From Candidatus Aenigmatarchaeota archaeon (GTDB lineage: Archaea > Aenigmatarchaeota > Aenigmatarchaeia > Aenigmatarchaeales > Aenigmatarchaeaceae), in assembly GCA_016933455.1 (NCBI GenBank), contig JAFGAZ010000012.1, positions 1,625 through 65,624 on the forward strand: a stretch of DNA of 64,000 nt, in the 5' to 3' direction. The position numbers and the translations under genes were made by a program. Shown piece by piece: positions 43,125 to 51,121 of this stretch. Under the pieces are notes generated by a model. It saw nothing but the letters and a program-made list of their open reading frames with translations. It had not been told where the DNA came from and searched no databases. Every line of letters begins with the position of its first letter. The stretch's first letter is position 1.

Positions 43125-43943
43125 ATGTTCGAACTTTTGTTGTTCTTGATTGCCTTCATAGGCAGCCTTGCATGCGGCTTGTATGACCTTAAGACATCAA
43201 ACGTTCCTGATTCTGTTTGTCTTCTTATGATAGCATCGGGTTTTATCATTCATATAGTATACGGCTTTTCAACAGGCGACTTTGCCAATCTTGTAAACTC
43301 CTTATTGTTCGGGGGGCTTTTCCTCGGCTTTGGCCTTCTCATGTACTTTACCGGTCAGTGGGGAGGCGGGGACGGAGAGCTGCTAGTCACAATAGGAGTG
43401 CTTCTTCCAACAATGACTAGCGTAAGCACGATATTTCCCTTTTCCATAAGCTTTTTTGTAAACAGCTTTTTCATAGGGGCAATATATTCCATAATATACT
43501 CCCTGATACTTGTGTGCAGAACGCCCAAGATAAGCAAAAAGTTTGTTTCCAACATGAAAAGCAGCAAGGTGCTTTTTGCATGCGTTGTTGTTGCAGCCTT
43601 TTCAACTATATTTCTTTTCTTTTCGCAGCCGGCATTTTTTGCAATAACCATACTCTTGCTTGTGCTGATTGTTTTCCAAAGGTTTTCCAAGACAATAGAG
43701 GAGAGCTTCTATAGGAGAATACCCACAAAGAAGCTGCAGGTTGATGACATGCTAGGAGAGGACATACCAAAGCTTAGGTTATACAAGCGCTATATCAAGG
43801 GCCTTTCGCAAAAGCAGGTTGACAGAATAAGAAAGCACAAGAGATATGTGATAGTGCGCGACGGCATAAGATACGGTCTGGTCTTTCCCCTAAGCTTGCT
43901 CTTCACTTATTTCATCGGGGACTTTTTGCTCTTCTTTGTGTAG
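43125..43943 (+). CDS. A24-family prepilin/preflagellin aspartyl peptidase (PibD/FlaK/EppA-like)
   Basis: First catalytic Asp in GLYDLKTSNVPD, second in GQWGGGDGELL (GxGD). Polytopic membrane protein. Confidence 0.75.
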   Translation: MFELLLFLIAFIGSLACGLYDLKTSNVPDSVCLLMIASGFIIHIVYGFSTGDFANLVNSLLFGGLFLGFGLLMYFTGQWGGGDGELLVTIGVLLPTMTSVSTIFPFSISFFVNSFFIGAIYSIIYSLILVCRTPKISKKFVSNMKSSKVLFACVVVAAFSTIFLFFSQPAFFAITILLLVLIVFQRFSKTIEESFYRRIPTKKLQVDDMLGEDIPKLRLYKRYIKGLSQKQVDRIRKHKRYVIVRDGIRYGLVFPLSLLFTYFIGDFLLFFV

Positions 43944-44873
43944 TTGAACGTATGAATCAACCACTTCTTTTATTGCTTCATCTAGGCCCACTGTGGGCTC
44001 AAAGCCAAGGTCTGTTTTGGCCTTTGTCATGTCAAATGTCATGTTGGTTGTGAGCATGTCGACATGGCAAGGAAGCATTAGCGGCTTTTCTTTGGAAAGC
44101 CTGCCTTTTATCATGCTAGAGTGCATTTTGGCTTTGGCAAAAAGACTTGACGTGTGCTTTGTCGGAGGTTCCACACCCAGATGTTTGCAAAACATGGCAA
44201 GCAGTTGCTTTTGAGTCTTAAAGTCCTTGCCTGCCACTATGTATGTGTTTTTAGGCTTTCCCAAGGAGTTGGCCAAAACAAGCGCCTGTATAATGTCGCT
44301 TACATGTATCCACTGCAAAAAGTTTTTGCCATCACCTAGTATGTGAAAATCCCCTTTTTCAAGTTCAGAAATAAGAAAGCCAAAGTCCTCTGCGAAATCA
44401 GAGCCGAGAGCTTCTGGAGACCTGACAACAATGCCGTTGTTTTCCAAAACCAAATTCTCAGCCTCCTCCTTTGTCTCAGCGTAAAAGCTTGTGGGGCTGC
44501 ATTTTGTTTTTTCGCTAACAGGCAGTTCCTTAAAGTTCTTTCCCATGACCGATGTTGTGCTAAGGTAGATTACCTTCTTGCCCTTGCTTGCATCAATAAC
44601 GTTTTTTGTGCCAAGCACGTTCACTTCGTACATGTCGTCTTTTGGAGAAAAATTGTCTGTAACAGCAGCCAGATGATAGATTGTGTCAACATCTTTCATG
44701 GCCTTTTCAAGCGTGCTTATGTCTAGTACGTTCCCGTAGAATATCTCGACGTTCTCGTCTTTTATCATGTTGTCTTTTACAAGAGCTCTTATAGTGTTTC
44801 CGCTTCTTAGCAGAGAAGTGATTAGGTTCTTTCCTATCTTTCCAGAGGCTCCTGTTATTAGTATGCTTGCCAT
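43890..44873 (-). CDS. NAD-dependent epimerase/dehydratase (extended SDR)
   Basis: ILITGASGKIGKNL Rossmann motif and YAETK (YxxxK). The 3' end overlaps the convergent peptidase gene by 54 nt. Confidence 0.8.
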   Translation of the reverse strand: MASILITGASGKIGKNLITSLLRSGNTIRALVKDNMIKDENVEIFYGNVLDISTLEKAMKDVDTIYHLAAVTDNFSPKDDMYEVNVLGTKNVIDASKGKKVIYLSTTSVMGKNFKELPVSEKTKCSPTSFYAETKEEAENLVLENNGIVVRSPEALGSDFAEDFGFLISELEKGDFHILGDGKNFLQWIHVSDIIQALVLANSLGKPKNTYIVAGKDFKTQKQLLAMFCKHLGVEPPTKHTSSLFAKAKMHSSMIKGRLSKEKPLMLPCHVDMLTTNMTFDMTKAKTDLGFEPTVGLDEAIKEVVDSYVQLHKEEQKVPDEISEEQA

Positions 44874-44932
44874 GTAAAATCAATTATAGTTTGATTTACA
44901 ACTATAAATTGTTCCTTGCTTTAAAGAAAATA

Positions 44933-45442
44933 TTACTTGATAAGATATGTGCCTGGCAGCTTCTTTGATGCCTTTTTCAGGGCTGCTCTTACTTCTTTTT
45001 CTGTGTTTGGTTTTGACTTTACGCTGAAAACTCTTTGGCCCTCTTTTATCCTGGCTGCCTGCCCTATGGGCTTGCCAAAGCTTCTTCTCATTCCCTGCGA
45101 GAACCTGTCAGCTCCTGCTCCTGTTGCTATTGAGTTTTCCCTTAGAACATGATGGGGATATACCAAAACTTTGAAGAAGAATGTTCCTTCTCCTAGCTTT
45201 TTGCTTAGGTGTTTTAGGGTTGTAATTCTGGCAGATTCCAAGGCATTCGATCTTATCTGGACATTGTCTTTGCATACAAGCTCTAGTGTCTGCTCATAGT
45301 CGCCCTTTGCGCCCATTTCGAATTGGTGTATCTTTCCTACAGGCACACCTTTTACATAGCTCTTTCTAGGCTTGTGTATCGAAATCCTTGTGAAAGGCTT
45401 TTTCGTTATTTTGTTGTATGCTCTTCCTGGTCTTAAACCCAT
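44933..45442 (-). CDS. rpl10e: 50S ribosomal protein L10e (uL16)
   Basis: MGLRPGRAYNKITKKPFTRISIHKPRKSYVKGVP. ATG 45442 (the track start 45457 is TTG). Confidence 0.9.
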   Translation of the reverse strand: MGLRPGRAYNKITKKPFTRISIHKPRKSYVKGVPVGKIHQFEMGAKGDYEQTLELVCKDNVQIRSNALESARITTLKHLSKKLGEGTFFFKVLVYPHHVLRENSIATGAGADRFSQGMRRSFGKPIGQAARIKEGQRVFSVKSKPNTEKEVRAALKKASKKLPGTYLIK

Positions 45443-45487
45443 AAAATCATCTTTCAAAGATTACGCACGAGAATTTTATAAATGTTT

Positions 45488-46660
45488 CTAAAGCTTCCAA
45501 AAGCTCTTTTTCTTCTTCTCTTTGCTCTTAACATTATGCTTTCTAACGGCCCTTTCAACTGTTTTTAGGACCTTTTTGTCATTGCCAACACCGCATGTGT
45601 TGCCAACCCCTATGAGTAGTATTTTTTCGTTTTTCTTGGACCTTTTCACAGAATCCAATATGCTCTCCTTTGCATTTGCAACTGAGTCGTATATCTCCTT
45701 TTTCATTGGCATTAGGGCTTCCATGTCAGAGACCTTTACCACAACAGCGTCCAAAGGCATCATCTTCTTGGCTGCAAAGTCCTCTATTGCAAACCTCTCA
45801 ACGCCTATGCCTCCCATTGCAACTCCTACACCCTCTGCTATTATGCCGGTCTTTTCTCCCTCAAGCTTGAGGCCTGCGTCAACTGTTATTATCTTGTTTA
45901 TTTTCTGCTTTTTGGTGAACTTTGTTAGGAACTTGCCCGGGTTTCCTGTTGTTGCACCTGGTCCGTCTGCCTTTGAAACCCATACCTGCCTGCCCTCTAT
46001 GCTTGTCTTGGCCACTGCGAATTCCTCGTCCTTGTAAATTGTCACCTTGCCATCTATCATGCTTGCAGCAACCAAAGGCCCTATGCCGTCGCCTATTGGC
46101 ACGCCGTCCACGAATGCCTTTGTTGCCTTCATGGAAGCTTTTGCCATTCTTGTTATGAGCGGTATTTGCATCTGGATGACCATTGCGTACTGGAACATCT
46201 TGTATTTTTTTATCATCTCGATATAGTGCCTAACTATCTTGGCTATCTGATGCGTTGTTATTGCCCCTGAAAGCGCGTCCCTTACGTTCTTTTTGTCATC
46301 CTCTGATGCATTGGGCATTAGCTGGTTTACAAAATACTTGAACCTGTAATCGTAATTTTTGACCAGATGGTCGAGCTTTCTCATTATGCCGTAAGGATCA
46401 GTGCTTATGGGAGATACTGCGAAAAAGTCCATGAACTTTGATATCTTTTCTTTTTTCTTCTTGTCAGTTCCCTTTGGCAATTTCCTGTATATGTATCCCT
46501 TTGACTTTCTGGCCATCTCCTCAAGGTCTGCGGCTTCTTTTTCAAGCTTCATTATGGTCTGCGCTGTCATAAGCCTTGGTCCGAATAGTATCATTATTAC
46601 AAAAAGCACTAGCCATACTACCGTTGATATCCAGTCACCGCCGAGAAGTTGCGAAATCAT
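45488..46660 (-). CDS. conserved archaeal membrane-anchored protein (DUF1512-like, from memory)
   Basis: N-terminal TM WISTVVWLVLFVIMILFGP, then a 360-aa soluble domain. No catalytic motif recognised. Confidence 0.55.
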   Translation of the reverse strand: MISQLLGGDWISTVVWLVLFVIMILFGPRLMTAQTIMKLEKEAADLEEMARKSKGYIYRKLPKGTDKKKKEKISKFMDFFAVSPISTDPYGIMRKLDHLVKNYDYRFKYFVNQLMPNASEDDKKNVRDALSGAITTHQIAKIVRHYIEMIKKYKMFQYAMVIQMQIPLITRMAKASMKATKAFVDGVPIGDGIGPLVAASMIDGKVTIYKDEEFAVAKTSIEGRQVWVSKADGPGATTGNPGKFLTKFTKKQKINKIITVDAGLKLEGEKTGIIAEGVGVAMGGIGVERFAIEDFAAKKMMPLDAVVVKVSDMEALMPMKKEIYDSVANAKESILDSVKRSKKNEKILLIGVGNTCGVGNDKKVLKTVERAVRKHNVKSKEKKKKSFWKL

Positions 46661-46705
46661 CTAATCACTTTTTAATTGGTTGCAGTTTACTGCTTATATA
46701 ATTAA

Positions 46706-47293
46706 CTACAACAAAAACAGCAAAATTGCGGTTGTCACGGGTATTGTTATGTTGTCATCCACTTTTGGCAGTGCTTCGACAAGGGTTGCTGCAATTGCTG
46801 CTATTATTGCCTTTATCGGGTTTGTGAAAAAGTATAGCACGAAAACTGCTGTCAAAAAGAAGGTGGTGCTGCCCTCCCATGTTTTCTTCTTGTTTATTGG
46901 AAGCTTTCTTTTGCCGAAAAAATAGCCTACAAGAGTCGATGTGGCGTCTGCTAATGCTAGCACTGCAATTGACGCTGCTGCTATTTCTGTTGGGAAGATG
47001 AATGTAACCAAAAAGCATCCTATGTAGAAGGTTATGGCGCCGTGGAATGACCTTTCGTTTTTCCTCTTGCAGCTTTTTATTTCCTCCTCGACTATCTCCT
47101 CGAATTCGTCTAGCTTCTTGTTTCGGACAAGCTTGTATTTGTTCTTGTTCTTCATGTATTCGTCTAGTATCAGGAAAGAAAGCGATGTTGCAAGCATTGC
47201 CAGCGAGGCCAAGAACTTGCCAAGTATGTAGATTAGGGCTATGCTGAATATGCCCATTGCATGTATTGTTTTTCTTTTGATTTCCCTGTTCAT
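46706..47293 (-). CDS. CTP_transf_1-family membrane enzyme (polyprenol/dolichol kinase or CDP-alcohol-forming cytidylyltransferase-like)
   Basis: N-terminal REIKRKTIHAMG. C-terminal LADATSTLVGYFFGKRKLPINKKKTWEGS matches the GD..AS..G..FGK....KTxEGS block. Confidence 0.6.
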   Translation of the reverse strand: MNREIKRKTIHAMGIFSIALIYILGKFLASLAMLATSLSFLILDEYMKNKNKYKLVRNKKLDEFEEIVEEEIKSCKRKNERSFHGAITFYIGCFLVTFIFPTEIAAASIAVLALADATSTLVGYFFGKRKLPINKKKTWEGSTTFFLTAVFVLYFFTNPIKAIIAAIAATLVEALPKVDDNITIPVTTAILLFLL

Positions 47294-47297
47294 TGTA

Positions 47298-47597
47298 TCA
47301 CTTCTTTGTTCTTTTCTTTCCTATATATTTTTTGATTGCTTTGAAGAACTTTAGCATTTTGTGGTAGGACTCGTATGAAATAAAGAGTATCAGCCCTATG
47401 AACGAGAAAGTTATGGCTGTCTCGATGTTTGTGACAAGGGGCAAGCCCATGTAGTTGGCAACCCACGGGAACACAAAGCCTGCAACAGAAACCAGAGCGG
47501 CCCTTACAAAGAACCTAAACATCTTGTACGAGACAAAGATTACAACTATGAATACCATGAAGACCAAAATGGATTCCAAGGTCAGCTCCACGACCAT
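47298..47597 (-). CDS. small 3-TM membrane protein (99 aa) with basic tail
   Basis: Three hydrophobic segments. C-terminal KKYIGKKRTKK. 4-nt gap to the downstream gene and 32 nt to minD. Confidence 0.5.
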   Translation of the reverse strand: MVVELTLESILVFMVFIVVIFVSYKMFRFFVRAALVSVAGFVFPWVANYMGLPLVTNIETAITFSFIGLILFISYESYHKMLKFFKAIKKYIGKKRTKK

Positions 47598-47629
47598 ATA
47601 GAATAATGGTGGATTTTCTTTAAAATATG

Positions 47630-48400
47630 TTAATCAGTGCCGAGAAATCTTTTTATTCTGCCCTTAAAGCTCGTGTCCTCTTTGATGCCTATTAGGTGTC
47701 CTGCCAGCCTTTTCATTTCCCTGCTTGCTGAAGACCTGGGTTTGTGCAAAACCAAAGGCGATCTTTTTGCAAGGCTTACCTGGACATTGTTGTCATGCGG
47801 TATGCTGGCTATCACTGGCAGCTCTGTTAGTATCTCAACTTCCTTTCTTGAAAGCTCGTGGCGTTTCTTGGATACCATGTTCATGACAACACCGACCGGC
47901 CTTTTGCCAAGACCCTTTATTATTTCCTTGCATTTTATGACATCCGTGACCGCAGGTATGTTGGGGTTGGTTACAAAGATTATCTCATCGCTTGCCTCTA
48001 TTGCTGATATTGCCTCGTTGCCAAGCCCTGGCGCTGAATCTAGAAGTATGATGTCTGCCTTTTTGTGCAGCTCCTTTATCACGTGCTTTAGCTTCTTTGA
48101 GTCCACGCCCTCTATTTCCCCAAGCCTTATTGACGCAGGTACTATTTTCATGCCGCTTGGATGCTCATACATGGCTTCCTTAAGCTCGGTTTCCCCCCTT
48201 AGCAGGTGGTTTAGTGTGACAGGGCAATAGTACATGCCCAACGACAGGCTAAGATGAGATGTCGTCAGGTTGCAGTCAACTACTGCAACGTTTTTGTTGA
48301 ACTTTTTTGCCAGAGCAGCGCCTAGGTTAGAGACGATTGTGGTTTTCCCCACACCACCTTTGCCTGATATTATGCCTATTTTTCTTTTTTTCTTGACCAT
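47630..48400 (-). CDS. minD: MinD/ParA-family P-loop ATPase (archaeal MinD-like)
   Basis: Deviant Walker A SGKGGVGKTT, Walker B ILLDSAPG. Start at ATG 48400 (MVKKKRKIGII). Confidence 0.85.
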   Translation of the reverse strand: MVKKKRKIGIISGKGGVGKTTIVSNLGAALAKKFNKNVAVVDCNLTTSHLSLSLGMYYCPVTLNHLLRGETELKEAMYEHPSGMKIVPASIRLGEIEGVDSKKLKHVIKELHKKADIILLDSAPGLGNEAISAIEASDEIIFVTNPNIPAVTDVIKCKEIIKGLGKRPVGVVMNMVSKKRHELSRKEVEILTELPVIASIPHDNNVQVSLAKRSPLVLHKPRSSASREMKRLAGHLIGIKEDTSFKGRIKRFLGTD

Positions 48401-48404
48401 GCAA

Positions 48405-49370
48405 TCACTTTGCACTCTTCGTGCTAAGGTTTAGTATCTTTTCCTCGTACTTTGTCCTCATTTCCTCGTAGCTGTGCCTTGATATTAGGCCTTCCCTGTA
48501 CTCTTCCTCAAGCAGGCCCTTGGCCTCTTCAAGGCTTCTTATCTCGTCGTCGACCTTGCTGTCTTGCTTTTCTCGCCTTATCAGCCTTTTTATCTTAAGG
48601 CCAGGTATGCTGCCTGGCGTTATATTGCTTTTTTTATTTCTTCCCAAAACAAAGAACCAAAGAAACATGGCTATAATTATAATTATCAAGGCCAGTATTA
48701 AAATCGTCTCGAATGAAATGCCCTTTGCTTGCGTTACTGGGCTTGTTTCTGCTATTGAAAGGTCGTATTCGGCCTTTTTGACTATAACTTCGACTTCCCT
48801 TATCTTTTCACCCGCCTCGTCGTAAAGCCTGCCGTACACATCGCTTGATGCAGCTTCAAGCAGCAAAGTTGCCTCGTCTATTTGTGCCCTTATCTCGCTT
48901 ACATCGCTGCCCCCTGCAGCTATACCATTTGCCTCGCTTTTTAGGCTTATTAGCTGGTCGCTAAAGTCCTGTATTTCCGATAGTAAGGAGTCTGTTCTTG
49001 ATGCGAATATCTCAACAGAAAAGTCTTCCCATGTAGTGACTTCGTCTGACACCGCTCTTAGTGAAAAGTCAAAGCTTCCGTTCTCCTCCTCGGCAGGAAC
49101 ATAAAGCTTGAATAGGAAAGCTGCTGTTTCTCCTGGCTGCACGCGCTTGGCTTCGTCTTGGGCCTCAAACCATGATGATTTTTCACCATCTATTAAAACC
49201 TGCACATTGTTTAGAGCAACATCTCCCGTGTTTTCCACGTCTATGCTAAGGTATCTTACCCAGCCCTTTTCGACCAGTATGTTTTCCTCAAAGCCTGTTA
49301 TCTCTATGCTTTGAGCAAAGGCTATGCTGGCAAAGAGAAGCATTATTATCAGTATTAGTATTTTTTTCAT
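48405..49370 (-). CDS. type I membrane protein: signal peptide, CARDB/NEW3-like Ig domain, helical stalk, TM, cytoplasmic SHOCT-like tail
   Basis: Start at ATG 49370 (MKKILILIIMLLFASIAFAQS). LSIDVENTGDVALNNVQVLIDG...VQPGETAAFLFKLYVP. TM ILILALIIIIIAMFLWFFVL. Tail EEEYREGLISRHSYEEMRTKYEEKIL. ATGA overlap with the upstream wHTH gene. Confidence 0.65.
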   Translation of the reverse strand: MKKILILIIMLLFASIAFAQSIEITGFEENILVEKGWVRYLSIDVENTGDVALNNVQVLIDGEKSSWFEAQDEAKRVQPGETAAFLFKLYVPAEEENGSFDFSLRAVSDEVTTWEDFSVEIFASRTDSLLSEIQDFSDQLISLKSEANGIAAGGSDVSEIRAQIDEATLLLEAASSDVYGRLYDEAGEKIREVEVIVKKAEYDLSIAETSPVTQAKGISFETILILALIIIIIAMFLWFFVLGRNKKSNITPGSIPGLKIKRLIRREKQDSKVDDEIRSLEEAKGLLEEEYREGLISRHSYEEMRTKYEEKILNLSTKSAK

Positions 49371-49579
49371 TTCGCCCACCACATGATCTTCTCCTTGGGG
49401 CCGTGGCTTGATTTTTCCACCTTGCTGCCAATAAGGCCCATTGACTTTAGCTTGTAGCAGTGAGAATTGGCCGTAGGCCATGTTATCTTAGAATGTTTTG
49501 CAATAAGGTAGGTGGACATGGGTTTTTTAGCTTTCTTTAGAACTTCTAGTATTTTCTTGTCTACCTCGGTTGTTATCAT
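49367..49579 (-). CDS. small winged-helix protein (70 aa)
   Basis: KKILEVLKKAKKPMSTYLIAKHSKITWPTANSHCYKLKSMGLI is an HTH plus wing pattern. Confidence 0.6.
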   Translation of the reverse strand: MITTEVDKKILEVLKKAKKPMSTYLIAKHSKITWPTANSHCYKLKSMGLIGSKVEKSSHGPKEKIMWWAK

Positions 49580-49593
49580 AATATATTAATATA

Positions 49594-51117
49594 TTAATAT
49601 ATATTTAAAAATTCTTCAGCAGACTGCTGCTCTTGTTCCTCGACTTCTTTGACGGCTGATGGCACGATTTCTCTTAGACCGTCTGCAAATACCTGGGCTA
49701 TGTCGTCGTAGCCGTACTCCTGCCAGGACTCTCCTATCTCCGCCAGGGTGTTTTCCACCATGTTCTCTTTTTTCTTGTCCCAAAGGCCCTGACTCTTTAG
49801 CTGCTCGACGTTGTTTTTCAGCTCATCTATGTAGGACTTTATGTCGGTCGTGTTCTCTGCCCTTGAAATCATGTTCAAAATCTCGAAAAAGTTCATCCTT
49901 GCATCCGACTTTAGCACGTTCTCGGATACCTTTGATATCTTGGAGCTTACCTCCTTTAGTTTCTCGAGCATGTTTCGCGATATCTCTGTTTGCAGCCTCA
50001 TGGTTGAGCCGACACCCTCGCCCTCTATCGACTTTAGCCTATCTTCCATTTCCCTGCCCTTTTGTTCTAATAGCGTCATGCCGCTTTCCAGTTCGTTTAT
50101 TATTGATGGCAAAGACTTTATGCTGAAAGATTTCTCTCCCTCCAGTTTCTTTAGTTCTTCCTCCACCTTCTTTAGCAGGCTTTCGTTTTTTTGCTTTAGT
50201 TCGTTGTAGGAGGATTTTGATATCTCGCCCTTTCTGTCCTGCTCTTCCAAAGTTGCCAGAAGCCTTAGAATGTGCTCCTTTTTCGTTCTCATGTTGTCTC
50301 TTCTGTTTATTATTTCCTCTTCGGGTATCTTGAGAACTTCCTGAACGTCTTTTAGCTGCTCTTCTATTTTTTCCCTGCTTGAAACTATGACATTGTTAAC
50401 GCCCTTCTTGAAGATGTCCATGTCGTCCTTGGAAACAAAGCTCCCTAGTTTTATGTTTATCTCGTCCACTGATTTGGTAATTTCCCTGCTCAGATCGTCT
50501 ACCTTTTCTAGCCTTATTTTGAACTGGGGAAAGTCCTTCATCCTATTCTCTGTTTCTATGTAGAATCTCTCTGTTTTTGCAGACAACCTGTCAACATCCC
50601 TTTTCGTCTGCTCCATTTTGGCAGCCGCATCGTCCATCTTCTTTAGGGTCTCTGTCAGGTTCTCGATGCTTCGTATGTTTTCGGTGATGTTTTCCATGTT
50701 CTCTATTTTTCTTACAAGCTCCTTGTTGCCAAGTTCCATCTTTTCTATCTTCATTTCAAGGCTCTCTATTTCGGTTTTTCTTTTTTCCATGTCCTTTCTT
50801 ATCCGCATGGGCTCGATGTCTGTTACAGAATCAGAAAGCATCTTGACCTTTGTTTCCATCTCCTTTATCATGGTCTCTCTTTGGAATATCATGGACCTAA
50901 GCTCGCCTATCTTTTCTGACAGGTCCCGTATTCTCTCGTCTGCTTGGAACTTTACATCTTTAAGAGCAATAAACTCGGCCCCGAGCTTTTCTATCCTCAT
51001 CATTATTTCCTTGAGGCTAACTTCCTGCTCGAACTTGTATTTTTTCTCCTCTTCCTTGGGCCTTTCTTTTATTATGCCCTTTTCCTTGAGTATCTCTACC
51101 ACTGTTTTGGTTTCCAT
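49594..51117 (-). CDS. 507-aa coiled-coil protein (Glu/Lys-rich), function unknown
   Basis: ATG 51117 (the track's 51120 is TTG), 4 nt after the giant gene's stop. Heptad-rich throughout. Internal SHOCT-like motif DRKGEISKSSYNELKQKNESLL. Confidence 0.7.
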   Translation of the reverse strand: METKTVVEILKEKGIIKERPKEEEKKYKFEQEVSLKEIMMRIEKLGAEFIALKDVKFQADERIRDLSEKIGELRSMIFQRETMIKEMETKVKMLSDSVTDIEPMRIRKDMEKRKTEIESLEMKIEKMELGNKELVRKIENMENITENIRSIENLTETLKKMDDAAAKMEQTKRDVDRLSAKTERFYIETENRMKDFPQFKIRLEKVDDLSREITKSVDEINIKLGSFVSKDDMDIFKKGVNNVIVSSREKIEEQLKDVQEVLKIPEEEIINRRDNMRTKKEHILRLLATLEEQDRKGEISKSSYNELKQKNESLLKKVEEELKKLEGEKSFSIKSLPSIINELESGMTLLEQKGREMEDRLKSIEGEGVGSTMRLQTEISRNMLEKLKEVSSKISKVSENVLKSDARMNFFEILNMISRAENTTDIKSYIDELKNNVEQLKSQGLWDKKKENMVENTLAEIGESWQEYGYDDIAQVFADGLREIVPSAVKEVEEQEQQSAEEFLNIY

Positions 51118-51121
51118 CAAA

